DNA of 51,545 nt from Chiloscyllium plagiosum (taxonomy: Eukaryota), in assembly GCF_004010195.1 (NCBI RefSeq), contig NC_057719.1:18381438-18432982 (forward strand), given 5' to 3'. The notes under the pieces were generated by a model. The model was not told where the DNA came from and made no database searches. It saw nothing but the letters and a program-made list of their open reading frames with translations. Shown piece after piece: positions 12,645 to 25,652 of the stretch (the stretch's first letter is position 1; each line of letters begins with the position of its first letter). The position numbers and the translations under genes were made by a program.

Positions 12645-12760
12645 GCTTTTGAGGCACCGAAATAGTGTCCCTACCTCTGGGCCAGGAGGCCCAAGCCCTA
12701 CCTGCTCTAGAAGTGTGTAATAATATCTCTGAGCTGATTGATTACAAAACATCAAATATA
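12645..12760 (+). mobile_element. Short tRNA-derived SINE relic
   Basis: TAGTGTCCCTACCTCTGGGCCAGGAGGCCCAAG..CCTACCTGCTC is a decayed tRNA-like head. Confidence 0.3.
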
Positions 12761-14663
12761 TTCGAGGTGCAACATTTTTCCCATCACATTCTAAGATTCA
12801 GGATCGTTACATGTGATTTTCCAACTTATGTTTGTGAGCAGCTTCATCAAAGGCAATCACTAGACTGTCCACTCCTGACTATCTCTTGTTGACATGTTAT
12901 AAATGCCATCAGTAGCTGTTGTGATGCACCATTCGCAACGGTTCAGCTTCAGGCCACTTCCCTGCCCTTTCAGCGATGAAACTCAGTAATTAAGCAAATA
13001 AAGCAAAGCTAATCAAATCATCTAGCAACCTAATAACCTGACCATTTAGCACAATGAATGTGCTTCCTAAGATTGTCAGATTGCCTTAGAACAAATAGGC
13101 CAAATAAGCTGAAAAGATCACCACAAGTGGGTAAATGGATCTTGCACTGAAGATTGCTGGAGAAAGCAATAAAAAAAATTGGATTAGTGCCAAGTTTCTT
13201 TAAGAGCTGCACAGTTTCATATGTCACTGACATGTTTTGCTGTAGCTGTGCATGAAATTAAGAGGGCAGAGAATTACATAGAAGATTTTAAAGCTAGATT
13301 GATTGATTAGCGGTGAGCCAGAATTCAATTTTTAAGCCAAAAGTTCTGATCTCCTTTGCCATGTGGGAGGGATCAGAGAAGAGATTTTGATTGCTATCAG
13401 ATCAGAGTGGGGAAGGGGTAGTACTGTTGCTCTGCCCACTTCCCGACCCTTTCATTTTGATCTGTACACAGTAGTTCCATTCTAACGTCGCCAGTCACTG
13501 ACATAGCTTGAACCCTGTAGGCAATTCAATGACTGAGGTAATACAGCTTAATGTCTGAGTGTGCAATGATTGTAATTCACAGTTCATTTCAGGAAGTTAC
13601 TTTCTATATAACACTAGGGGAGGAGGGAGGTAGCTCTTGCTGCTTTGTGTAGCCAGATTATAAACAATATTAAAAATGATGCAATAATCAGAATCATTCT
13701 TGCTTTCTTTCCTCCTGCTATTCATGTACATTTAAGTTTATATACATGTATAAATATACAGGTACGTGCAGTTTTCTTTTCTTGAGCCTCTGATTTCAAA
13801 ATGTTTTTAATTCAGCTTACCTGTTGGATCGATCAATCCCTCTGGTCAAACAAATCTCTTGTCTTTAAATGCTCCTGTTTTTCTTTTCAGTACTCCTTGT
13901 TTCTGGTAGGTGCCTCATTGAGTGAATCAATCTGGGAAAGACAAAACCTCCTCTCAACTGTGACAGTAAGAGTCGAATTATAAGCAAGCCCTGGGACACG
14001 TGCCCAGAATAAGCTGGTTGTGAAGCTGGGACTGCAAGCAGTGGGCAACTGGGGCTGCACGAGTTGTTAACTAATTTTTAAAGGGCATGGTTGAAGGGAG
14101 GGATTAGTGTTGCTCATTTCTGTTCTAACTTTGGCTTCAGAATACACAAAATCTGGGCATCAAAAAAGCTGGAGAGCCGGATTCTACTCCCAATCTCGCA
14201 TGCCAGCAAGTCTCTCCAGAAGATCAGAGAACACTAATATATCCTTTCAGACAACATTGAGAGGGAAGCCAGATACATATTCTCTCTCCTGGCTCAGACT
14301 GGATGGAGGTTTCCACTGACAAGCGAATGCATCCTCCCTTCAAAGTTTGATGAACTTTGCTTCTGGCATTAGAGAGAGATGTTGTCAGTTCAGCTATTTT
14401 TCGAAGAAGCAATTTGAAATTAAATCTTTAAAAAGAGAAACAACAGTTGGATGTTTAGGCTGCTGGAAGCCATACTTGTAAACCTAATTTTAGGTTTTTA
14501 ACGCAGGAAAAAAGTAAACTACCTAACCTCTTATATCCTTTGAGAATGCAAAGATCGTCAAATGTAATTATTGCCAATAAGGAGCATTAATTTTGAACAA
14601 CACTCTCAGCATTTGTAGATAGCTATTCTGTTGATTAATTTATCTCCTAGGGTGCTTGAGTAA

Positions 14664-14872
14664 GAGTCGACAAAATGTGGGGCTGGAAAAAGCACAGAAG
14701 GTGAAGCAGCACCAAAAGAGCAGAGGAGTCAATGTTTCAGGCAGGACACTTCGTCAGGACCTGCCCAAAACGTCAGGCTCCCTTGCTCCTCTGATGCCGC
14801 TTGACCTGCTGTGCTTTTTCTAACTCCACATTTTATCAACTCTGACTTTGCAGCATCTGGAGTTCTCACTAT
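14664..14872. mobile_element. Penelope-like pseudo-LTR inverted pair (family A-related)
   Basis: Two roughly 85-nt inverted arms meet at a CTGACGA...GAAA motif (minus strand). The imperfect direct repeat TCCTAGGGTGCTTGAGTAA / TCCCAGGGGCTTGAGTAA flanks the element. Confidence 0.8.
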
Positions 14873-14974
14873 TCCCAGGGGCTTGAGTAAAACTGTTAAA
14901 ACCGAATGTATTGCCTATCCCTAGTTGCCATGAACTAAGTTCCTTGCGAGACCACTTCAGACTACATGGTTCAG

Positions 14975-15437
14975 AAACAATTTACAAGGATGTTGCTAGT
15001 ATTGGAGGGTTTGAGCTTAGGGAGGGAGGCTGAAAAGGCTGAAGTTATTTTCCCTGGAGCATCAGAAAAATGGGGTGATCTTATAGAAGTTCATAAAATA
15101 TGATGTCATGGATAGGGTGAATAGCCAATGTCTTTTACCCAGATTAGGGCAGTCCAAAACTAGAGGACATAGATTTAAGGTGAGAGGGAAAGATATAAAA
15201 GGGACCCAAGGGGTAAAGTTTTCAAGCAGAGAGTGGTGCATGTATGGAATGCACTGCCAGAGGAAATGGTGGAGGTGGATACATTTGCAACATTTAACAG
15301 GCATCTGGAGGGGTATATGAATAGGAAGAATTTAGAGGGACACAGCTGATGGGACCAGATTTATATAGGATATCCGGTCAGCATGAATGAGTTGGACCGA
15401 AGGGTCTGTTTTTGTGCTGCACATCTCTATGCCTCTA
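14975..15437 (+). mobile_element. CR1 LINE 3' end
   Basis: MDRVNSQCLLPRLGQSKTRGHRFKVRG motif and the 3' end GGACCGAAGGGTCTGTTTTTGTGCTGCACATCTCTATG. Confidence 0.9.
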
Positions 15438-17034
15438 TTTGTTGGCCACATCAGTGTTATTTACTAGAAGAGCATTGGTGCACAAGATTTTCACAAGCAA
15501 GTTGTAACTTTTACGTTATTGCACAAATACCCAAATTTTGTGCAGTGAGTTTTGTAACATAACCATAGTGTCATTTGATGTCATAATTTCTGACTTCTTC
15601 ATTGCTTACCACAACCACTACATTACTTATTGATACAAAACTTCTCAATAATTTAACAATCGTCACCATTCAATTTTACTTTCTTGAAAGAGGCAATGCT
15701 AAAAGGAAAGTTGAATGAAACAGTGATAAATGGGCAGAAGTAAAGAAATGGTGACCAGGCAGACACTGCATGCTTAGATACGGAAATGAGTGCTTAGCTC
15801 GTTTTAATTTTGAGATTTTGACTTTGTGTGACAGTAAAAAAAAAGGATGGTTCAGTGATTCAGTAGCTCCTTTCATGCTCTATTAATTATTAATTCCCAC
15901 TTATAAGTCAACAAAAATGAAAATCGAGAGAGATGTAAACTGGGCCATTTTTTTCTCTCTCTCAAAAGGTAAAATACTTCTTGAGTATTTATGGTATTCA
16001 AAACTGCATTCAAGTAATCTGACTCTATAGGTGCTCAGAAAATCTGTTATTGGTACAGCTGTAAAATGAAAATTTTCCCTTTACATTTCAAGCCATTCTC
16101 AACCTGATTCTCAGAGTTGAGACAAAACCAAGCTTTCTGCTCCTCAAATTTATCTGAATTACCAAAAGCAAAAACAGCTTTAGATCTGCAGTTTGGTGTT
16201 GCTCACTCTAACCCTGCAGTGTGATAGGAAGCTCATCTTTTTGGGAACGTTTTGGAACTTTCATCCATATAGACTTCTCTACACAAATAAAGATTCATTT
16301 TTCAATTAGCTCTCCAATTTACTCTCCTCTCCCCCATTTTAATGTCTTCGATGACCCCAAAGTATAGTTATTTTTGAGATTTTTGTAAAAAAAATTACTT
16401 CTTTATTATCTTCAACCCTAATTAAAATCCAGATTGAATCTTACTTTCACTAGTAATACTCCAGCCTAAAAGGAAGCCCCTTCATTTCATACATCAAATT
16501 CAAGCCTATGACTTGAAGTGCTGTTTTATAGCATCATGCAGCCTGAACAGTACCAATTTGCAATAAAGTTGAAAACTGCTGCAGAAACTGCATATTGCAT
16601 GTTCGACTTCACTTAATCAATAGTTTTAGAAGTAACTGATAAGCCGCACTAAAACTTTGTCATGATTCCACAGCAATTTGTTAAATATTGGTCACAAAAC
16701 TACAAGAATAATTTGTGGGATGTAATCAGAGGTTAACCTAAGTGTGTTGGTTTTGTGAATAAATGGCTCAAAGCTGCTTTACATTAAGGGGTGCAATTTG
16801 AAGGTTTTGGCTGACACTGTCCAGTCTATTTGACTTGCACATAATTTTCCCATCCAGAATAATATAGCAATTGATGTAAGCCAATTTTATCAGCCTTTTG
16901 GAAGAGTGGATGGGTGGTGGTGGGGTGCAGGAGCAGTAGTGGAAGGGATGTTTCAAAGGCAAATGTTCAAATTTTGCCGTCACTACGATTAACAGCTATG
17001 TTTGTAAGCATGGTTTCTATGAGGTATACACTAG

Positions 17035-17390
17035 GAATATACAACTTAGAGGACCATTTAGCCAATCACATGTGTGTCAGTTTTTTGAAAGAGTTGTCCA
17101 ACTTGACCTACTCTCCTCCTTTTTCTCCAAAGCTCTGCATTTGCTTTTCTTCTCAGTTATTTATCTATGTCACAATTGAATTTTTTTATTGAATCTGCAA
17201 CCAACATATATTTCTTCAGGTAGAGCATTCCTGAGCACAACAACTCCTACATTTTTCTTTATCTTTCTTTTGGTTCTTTTGTTAATTAATTTAAATCTCT
17301 GTCCTTTAGTTACTGACTCTCTTGCCAGTGGAAGGAAAAATCTCCTAATTACTTAGTCTATCTAAAGCAAACGTTTGATCATTTGCATGA
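17035..17390 (-). mobile_element. Old CR1 3' fragment
   Basis: AGAGGACCATTTAGCC start and TTAAATCTCTGTCCTTTAGTT (antisense of a TRGH-like motif). Confidence 0.5.
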
Positions 17391-17440
17391 AATCAGCATA
17401 CAGTCAAATAAAAACCAATAAGAATTCCACATTCCATCCA

Positions 17441-17759
17441 AATGGCTCAGCGGTTAGCACTGCTGCCTCACAAAGCCAGGGACCAAGGTTCAATTCCAGT
17501 CTCAGGCAACTGTCTGTGCGAAGTTTGTATGTTCTCTCTGTATCTGCATGGGCTTCCTTCGGGTGCTTGGGATCCCCCTACAATCCAAAGTTAATCCAGG
17601 TTAGGTGGATTGGCCATGCCAAATTGCCCATTGTGTCTAGGGATGTGGATTATCTGTGGGAATTGTAGAGAAACAGGGATTGGATCCAATGCTCTTCAGA
17701 GGCATTGTGTGGGCTTGATGGGCCAAATGACTTGCTTCCACACCATTGGGATTCTATGA
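17441..17759 (+). mobile_element. HE1-type V-SINE
   Basis: Box A/B head, V-domain, tail GGGATTCTATGA. Confidence 0.9.
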
Positions 17760-18374
17760 ATGGAATGGTATTGTAAGGAACAAAACAAGCTTACAACCCT
17801 CCTCAGTATTTTAAGCAATTAACTCCTGTGTACTGTTCTGAAAATACACCAGAACTACAGCCTCACAGAAAGACACCTATGAATCAGTGTGACTTTCCAA
17901 ACCAATTGTTATGTGGCTTATTTGAGTGGGTGTGTTAATTTGATGCCAATTTATCCCTAGTGACTGCCATTGTTTGTTGAACTGGATAATATTTGTTGAC
18001 TTTCTCCTCAGGATTCATTGTCAAACCTCTAGGAAGGAAGACAGATGTTGGGAAAGCACCTTCTCAATTTTGAGGATGCACCAGAACACTTACACAGCAA
18101 GAAAAAAGAGCAACCAATTTGCACACAACAAGGTCATATGTAGAATGATGAGATCTAAAGGCATAAAATATACAGCACGGCAATTGATCTTTCAGTGTTA
18201 ATGCAGTTGGTGTTCATGCCTATGATCCACTTAACACTATTCCCATTTTCTTTATCTAACCCATTGACCTATACCTTTATTTCTTTCTCCCACACGTATT
18301 TGTCTAATTTCCCCTTAGATGCAAATATGTTATTCTCCTCAAACTTTATTGCCTTTGCTGGTGTAAGCTGATGC

Positions 18375-18902
18375 ATCAATATTGAGCAGGATAAGATTAG
18401 ATTCCCTACCGTGTGGGAACAGGCTCTTCGGCCTAACAAGTTCACACCGACCCTCCGAAGAGTAACCCACCCAGACCCATTTCCCTCTGACTAATGCACC
18501 TAACACTATGGGCAATTTAGCATGGCCAATTCACCTGGCCTGCACATCTTTGGACTGTGGGAGGAAACTAGAGCACCCGGAGGAAACCTATGCAGGTACG
18601 GGAGAATGTGCAAACTGCACACAGACAGTCACCCGAGTCTGGAATTGAACTTGGGACCGTGGTGCTGTGAGGCTACAGTGCTAACCACTGAGCCACTGTG
18701 CCGCCCCAGAGAGAGTGCTTTATTGCTATTCTTTAAATATTTACAAGGGGTCTACTGCTCCCGCCTGAGAGGCCACATGGAGCCTCAATTTCATATTTCA
18801 TTTCAAAGACAGCATCATTGCATTGCAGCACTCCCTCAGTGTCAGGTTAGAATGGTACTTCAATCCATAGGCTCTGAGGCAAGAATGTTACCACCCAGCC
18901 AT
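18375..18902 (-). mobile_element. Deu-domain-type SINE (SacSINE1-like) 5' part, interrupted by HE1
   Basis: CCTGAGAGGCCACATGGAGCCTCAATTTCATATTTCATTTCAAAGACAGCA...TGCAGCACTCCCTCAGT is the reverse complement of the 35345-35775 segments. Confidence 0.55.
18393..18707 (-). mobile_element. HE1-type V-SINE, full length
   Basis: Reverse complement of head, V-domain and (AATCT)n tail. Confidence 0.93.
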
Positions 18903-18947
18903 CTCTTACTAAGCTCTAAATATCATTCCAGTTGTGACAGCTAACCA

Positions 18948-19169
18948 TGAGAAAGTGAGGACTGTAGACGCTGGAGATCAGAGTCGAGAGTGTGGTGCCG
19001 GAAAAGCACAGCAGCTCAGGCAGCTTCCAAGGAGCAGGAGAATTGACGTTTCAGGCATAAGCCCTTCATCAGGTTGATGAAGGGCTTATGCCCAAAACGT
19101 TGACTCTCCTGCTCCTCGGAGGCTGCCTGACCTGCTGTGCTTTTCCAGCACCACATTCTCGACTCTGAT
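18948..19169. mobile_element. Penelope-like pseudo-LTR inverted pair (family A) with 10-bp TSD
   Basis: Inverted arms of about 95 nt (18976-19071 / 19075-19170) meet at hammerhead cores. CAGCTAACCA occurs at 18938-18947 and 19170-19179. Confidence 0.88.
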
Positions 19170-20502
19170 CAGCTAACCAGTGTCGTCAGAAGTAATCTAA
19201 CTTTGAAGAAGTGTTGCTTGCAGTGTATAAAAGACCTCTATTCTGTTGCTGCACTTGAGACCTGTCAGAAGGCAATGCTTCATGTTGCACAATGAAGAGA
19301 AAAGTTCAGTCCAAACACTGCTTGAACCTATAACCTTTCGCTGCCAACAAATTATCACTGCATGTGAAAGATGGGATTTCAGTGAAACAGGAGCAAAAAA
19401 TTCACAGTAGGATCTAGTGTACTGAAATAGAAAGGAAAGTCTGCAAATTGTGCAACCAGTAAACATAAAGTTCTGAGAGTTCAGTGGGATCTGTCAGCAC
19501 CTGAATGGGAGAAAAGCAGGTAGCATTGCAAATCCCATCCCGGTGTAAGCTCCCACATGTAATAGAAGCACAATGTCGATGAAGGGGTAGTATCGAATGT
19601 GTTAAGTTGTTTCTATTTTCTGTATCTATTTTGCCTTTGTGTTTCCTGCCTCTCTTTAAAACACATGCAGAGTGATTGCAACACCAGGAGTTATGCCATG
19701 AGGTGTTCGTATTGCTGAAATTAATAACACCGGCCCAGTGCCCAGACAGAAACAATCATGACCCAGCTCCTGCTGCCCTCATTATTATTGTATGACATAC
19801 TTTGTTCCTCCTGTAAAAGCCCTGTAATACTCTTTATAGTTGCTACTTACGAGCCCTTGTTTATCATAAGAGAATGATGATGAGCAAAGATCGGCAGGCC
19901 TCCAAGTTGATGGTTGGGCATGCCCGAACTCTTTAGGAAGCCACAGACTGCTGGTTATTTGGATCCAATTTCTGTCTGATGCAATTTAAACTGACAGTAA
20001 CAAGAGAGGCATGTCATCCAAGTTAATTTAAAACAGAATTCATCAAGGAGAAGCTACTCTTGATGGGAGGTACCATCTTTAATGCCATTATGAGGCCAAT
20101 TGTTCAAACATCAAGGGCCGGATTTTTGAATTTTGGGTTCCGGTCCACACTCACCATCACTCTGAGATGCACATTGTGTGAATTCTAAATGGTTATGCTT
20201 TGGTTGGACAAGAGGCAAGCCCGCCACCCAATTAGCATGGCAAAGGTTTCCAGGATATGAAAACTGCCTGCTGTTCATCAGCATGAAAGGCACATGGTAG
20301 CCATGATGGATCCTCCTGCTTGCTGCCTTGCTGAAACAATTAGGCAACAGCCTTTACAGGTCAGTAGAGTTAAAGCTTGTCAAATGAAACTAATTTGCAC
20401 AATCTCTGAGCAAGATCCCCCATGTCTTGATACTTTCCATTATTTAGCAACAAACCTTCATTTCTCTCCACATTGAAACTGCCAGCTGAACACTAATGTG
20501 AA

Positions 20503-20803
20503 TCAGAAGCAGGCCATTCGACCCATCAAGTCCACACCAACCCACCCCCCTTACATTATCCATGTAGCTCTGCAATTCCCATGGCTTATCCACCCAGTCC
20601 CATACATCCCTGGACACTATGGTCAATCCACCTAACCTGCACATCTTTGGACAATGGGAGAAAACCAGCGTACCCAGAGAAAACTCATGCAGGTACATGG
20701 TGAATGTGCAAACTCCACACAAACAGTCACCCAAGGGTGGAATTGAACCCAGGTCCCTGGTACTATGAGGCAGCAGTGCTAACCACTGAGCTACCATGCC
20801 ACT
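20503..20803 (-). mobile_element. HE1-type V-SINE
   Basis: Reverse complement of head and V-domain. The ORF MVAQWLALLPHS is the SINE head read in frame. Confidence 0.9.
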
Positions 20804-20804
20804 C

Positions 20805-21470
20805 CATCTGACTTCATCCCTCTCCTTGGTAGATGTACAAAATTAAAGCAGAATTTACACAATAATGGTGTCACATTTCATCCTAAGGTGAGCTTCCAAC
20901 CATGTGTCCAATCACTACCATGAAGACCATCTATATCTTTCTCGATAACATTGCCTAGCTTCATCTCCATCTCAAATCATTTGCTGAAGAAATTCCCAGC
21001 CAAGTCATTGTTACCTCTGACTTAAAGTGTTCCTGGCCAGTTGCCCACATTCCATTATCTGCAAATATGAGATCATCTAAAACTTTATTGCCATGTTCTA
21101 ATTCACAGCAAATGTTGTTCATCATCACCCCATGCTTGCCAACTTACTTTATAAAGCAACATCTTGATTTTATAGACTCATAACCCCCCATTGCTGTCAC
21201 CTCCTCCAAACCTATAAGATATTCATGTTCTTCCACTTGCAAACTCTTAAACATCATCACATTTAATTGCTGCACTATTGGTTGATGTGCCTTCAGCTGC
21301 GAAAACCCCAAAGTCCAGAAATCTTTACGTAAGCATCCTCACTTCTCCATCCTGCCTTAAGTTGCATCTTAAAGCTGACATCTTTGCCAGCTTTGAAAGT
21401 GTTTGATCGTCTGGCCCATGTAAAAGGTTTTTGCTATGGAAAGGATGCAATGCATGCAAACATTGTTGCT
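20805..21470 (+). mobile_element. L2 LINE 3' remnant
   Basis: Decayed L2 ORF2 C-terminus (GGTGTCACATTTCATCCTAAGGTGAGCTTCC; ATAACATTGCC; TTGTTACCTCT; CATCACCCCATGCTTGCCAACTTAC; GTGCCTTCAGCTGC). Confidence 0.65.
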
Positions 21471-21642
21471 CTTAACAGATCAAATGCACCAATGCCATCA
21501 GATTTGCCAATGCGTGGTACAACTTTCCCAATGCCATTACATATCTAACCACCAGTAAACTGAACAGAGAGCCCCACACAAACATTTCAAGCACTCCCAG
21601 AAGAGGTCCCTCTCTATGTACCTCATCGATTACTGGCTGTGG

Positions 21643-22030
21643 GAAGCCAACCTTACATCCATCGGCTCCATCTATACTTCCTGTTGCCTTGGAAAGGCAG
21701 CCAACATAATCAAAGACCCCTACCCTCCCTGGTTATGATCTCTTCCTACCTCTTCAATTGGACAGAAGGTATAAAAGCTTAAGCACGTGTACTAACAGAT
21801 CAAAAACAACTTCTTCCCCATTGTTATTAGAGTTCTGAATGGACCTCTCATGATTCAAATTTAATGTTGACTTTGTTGTTTGTGCACCTTCTCTGCATCT
21901 GCAACTTTGTATTTCTCATGCTGTTCTATTACCCTTATGCACTTTGTAGGGTATGCTCCACCTCTACTGCATGCAAAGCAAAACATTTTACTGTATCTAG
22001 GTACATGTGACATCAAATCAAGTCACATCA
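21643..22030 (+). mobile_element. Rex1/Babar LINE 3' end
   Basis: Translates (with frameshifts) to KAANIIKDP..PGYDLFLPLQLDRRYKSLSTCTNR..NNFFPIVIRVLN, the Rex1/Babar C-terminal motif. Tail is (ATCAA)-like. Confidence 0.8.
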
Positions 22031-23862
22031 CATGAATGGAATGAAATGCCTGGAGATGTTAAATCAGGAAGGCAATAGGCACCTTTGTGACTGAGTGAAG
22101 AAGCAACACGAAATCGAAGAGAAGGAGAAGGATAGACCCAATGACACCAAACAGCAAGTACCTCTTCATTTGCACACCACGTAGGAGAATCTACTGGTCA
22201 TGGATAGATCTGACGAGCCACCAGTGGTCTTGCAACCAATAAACACAGATTTCCCAAAATCTTTATCATTCTGGGAAGGCCAAGAGTAAGAGAGAGACCT
22301 TTAGGTAGCTGTGGTGTCATGAAATCATACAGAAAATTTGTCACTGTTTTCCAAGGATATAACATAACTTGATACATACAACAGGGACAAAGTGATATTT
22401 TAAGTTTTTGGCATCATTTTAATCATTTGTTTTCAGGATGCTCTAGTTTTCATGGTTTACCTTCTTTGGAACACATTTCTAGCTGTCCATTCCCCCACAA
22501 AAATAGGCCTGGAAAAGGTTTGAGCCTTCTATCATATGTGGTGAAAAAAAGCCAGCCTATTTTAGAGTGGATCTGTTTCAACAGGGTCTTGCTCTTCCTC
22601 ATGGTCAGAGAGTTCATTTGGGGGGTGGGGGTTCATCATCAGTTTTATTGCTAGTTTCTTGTCTGACAGACTGAAAGTAACACTGACAGGAAATCCACAG
22701 TCCGCACTACAGTTGAGGGCTGATTACATCATTTTATTTTAAACAACACAGGGAAGCTGTGGTGTCAGCTGTCATTGAGGCCTGTACGTTTCTCCAATCA
22801 GTGATATAATGCCATTGTTACGATAAACCTATCTAGCGGTTATGTGTTACAGGGTTAGCTTTCTGCCACACTCTATGCTTTCCTAGAACCGCATTCTTTC
22901 TTGGTCTTTCCTTTATCATAATAGTCTTTCAGGGGCTGCTTAAATGATTTGGCTGATTGGTGCCAACAAGTCGGGGTTCAACCTCTACTTTGGCTGACAT
23001 AGATTCAGAACCTGTCACAATGCCCTCTCCATGGAGGGGGTCATGTTATTGTGCTTTTGAGCAGAGAACTCACAAAGAGAAAAACATCCAGTAGGAGTGA
23101 AACTTCAAGGAGCAAAACACAGTCAAACCTATGATAAAGACTTGTTACTGTAAAGAGAAACACAACATGGCTGAAAGTCTTGCATGATGTCCCATATTGG
23201 AACACAGAAACCAAAGGAGCGTCTTGAGTCTGTCAAACTGCACACAGCCTTTCAGTATCTTAGTGACATTTTGCACTTGCTATTATTAATAACAATGAAG
23301 CCAATGGTGCCCATCACTGGACTAGTAATTCAGAACCGGAGACTAATATTCTGGTATATGGGCTTAAATACAGTTACATTACGACAGATCTCGATTTATA
23401 AGTTAGTTTAATTGGGAGCACTGCTGATTGTTGAGAAAACACTGTTGGTTAACTAAGGCTGTTTAGGGAAAGAAAACACTCATCCTTACCTGGTCTCTTC
23501 TACATATGACTAGATCCACAGGAATGCGATTAAGTCTTAATTGCCTGCAAGAAAGCTGAGCAAGACACTCAGTGATATTAAACAGTTATGAAGCCGAAGT
23601 AAATGAATGAGACTGTATGGAACACATGGCATCAACCCAGGTACTGGAAACCACAACGGCAAATATATTGTCAATGCAACATATTCCTTCTTACCAACAT
23701 CTGAGGGCTTGAGCCAAAGCTGGGTGAGCTGTCTCACAGACTAGTCAAGCAACAGCTTAACACAGTCATCCTCAAAGGGTCATACCTCGCAGATAATATC
23801 CCACAAACCACGATCATTGTCCCTGGAGAGAGCCTCGCCCACCCTGGCCACAGTGGTATACA

Positions 23863-23985
23863 GGAGAAAGAGAGAACTACAGATCCTGGGCATCAGAGTC
23901 AAAAGTGGTGCTGGCAAAGCATTGCTGGTCAGGCAGCATCTGAGGAGCAGGAGAGCCGACGTTTCGAGCATAAGCTCTCCATCAG
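23863..23985 (-). mobile_element. Solo Penelope-like pseudo-LTR (family A) inserted in the LINE endonuclease region
   Basis: The minus strand reads CTGATGG-a-GAGC-ttat-GCTC-GAAA-CGTC followed by the family A 3' sequence. Confidence 0.8.
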
Positions 23986-25531
23986 TCCTCAGCATTGACT
24001 CCCATGAAGTGTCATGACATCATGTCAAAGCTGAGGTGAAATGGCCTTTGGATTATCACCACCACCCACCCATGCCTTGGCTAATGACTCAATAACCCTC
24101 CATGTAGAACATTACTGAAAAGAAGCTCTGAAGGTGACAATAGCACAGAATGTACCCTGGGTTGTAACCTTCAGTGTCCATCACCAAGATTGGCTAAATA
24201 GCATCACCACTGACCAAGCCGATGGGTTCGAAAGGACATTGCTGCAAGACTAGATCTGCATCCGGTGTTGAGGGGATGAACAAGAGAAGAAAAACCTATT
24301 TGATCTCACCCTCACCAATCTCGCTGTTGTAGATGCAATATTAGTAACATTGACCACCATACAGTCCTTACGGAGAAGAAACCCTATCTTCACAAGGAGA
24401 ATACCCTGCACCCTGTTGCCAGACACTATCATGGGACAGACTTCAAATAGATCTGGCAAACTCAAGACTGGGCATCTACGAGCCAAACACAATGTGAAGC
24501 TACATGGCCTTGTATATCTTAAACTCTATCATTACCATCAAACCAGGTGATCAATCCTGGATCTATGCAAAGTACAGGAGAGCATCTTAGGAGGAGCACC
24601 AGGCATACCTAAAAAATGAGATTTCACACTACAACATTGGATTACTGGATGGCAAGCAGTGAAAGCAAAATGCAATAGGCAGGGCTAAGTAATCCTACAA
24701 ACAACAGATCAAACCTAAGCTCTGGAGTCCTGCCACGTCTAGTTGTGAATGATAGTGGACAATTAATCAACGAACAGGAATTGGAAGCTCCACAAATATT
24801 GCCATCCTTAATGATGTGGGAGACTGGAACATCATTACAAATAACAAGGCTGAAGCATTTAAATCCACTTTATGCCAGACGCCCATCTCCGCATTCCTCC
24901 TGAGGTCCCCAGCATTACAGGTGCCCAGGCTTCAACCAATTCAGTTCACTGCATGTGATATCAAGAAATGGTCGAAGATACTGGATGCTGCAAAGGCAAC
25001 GGGCTCTGTCACCATTCCAGCAATACTAGTGAAGGTGCGCACTCCATATCTAAACCCACTCTGGAGAAGCTGTTCCGGTCAACCTGGAACACTGGTATCT
25101 ATCCAACAATGAGGAAAATTTCCCTCCTATGTCCTGTTCATAAAAAGCAGGACAAATCTAACCCATCCCATTATCACATTACTGGTCCATTCCTGATCAC
25201 TAACAATTGACAAAAATGCCATGAATAGTGCTATCAAGCAGCCTTGGTTCAAACATGGTCAAAAGAGCTGTATTCCAGACATGAGAGTGAGAGTGACAGC
25301 CCTTAATATTAAGGCCATGTTTGAGCAGGTGTGACATCACTGAATCCTAGCAAAACTGGAGTCAAGAAAGATAGTTGCAATTGTTGGGGGTCAGTCACCT
25401 CAGCTCTAAGCTATTCTTGCAGGAGTTCCTCAATGTAATGTCTGAGGCCCAACTTTCTTCAGTTGCTTCATCAATGACCTTTCCTTCATCATAAGGTCAA
25501 AAGTGGGATTGCTTGCTGATAATTATACAAT

Positions 25532-25652
25532 CGGAGAAAGTGAGGTCTGCAGATGCTGGAGATCAGAGCTGAAAATGTGTTGCTGGAAAAGCGCGTCAGG
25601 CAGCATCCAGGGAACAGGAGAATCGACGTTTCGGGCATAAGCCCTTCTTCAG
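25532..25652 (-). mobile_element. Solo Penelope-like pseudo-LTR (family A) with intact hammerhead core and 14-bp TSD
   Basis: The minus strand reads CTGAAGA-a-GGGC-ttat-GCCC-GAAA-CGTC-GATTC. GATAATTATACAAT occurs at 25518-25531 and 25653-25666. Confidence 0.9.
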
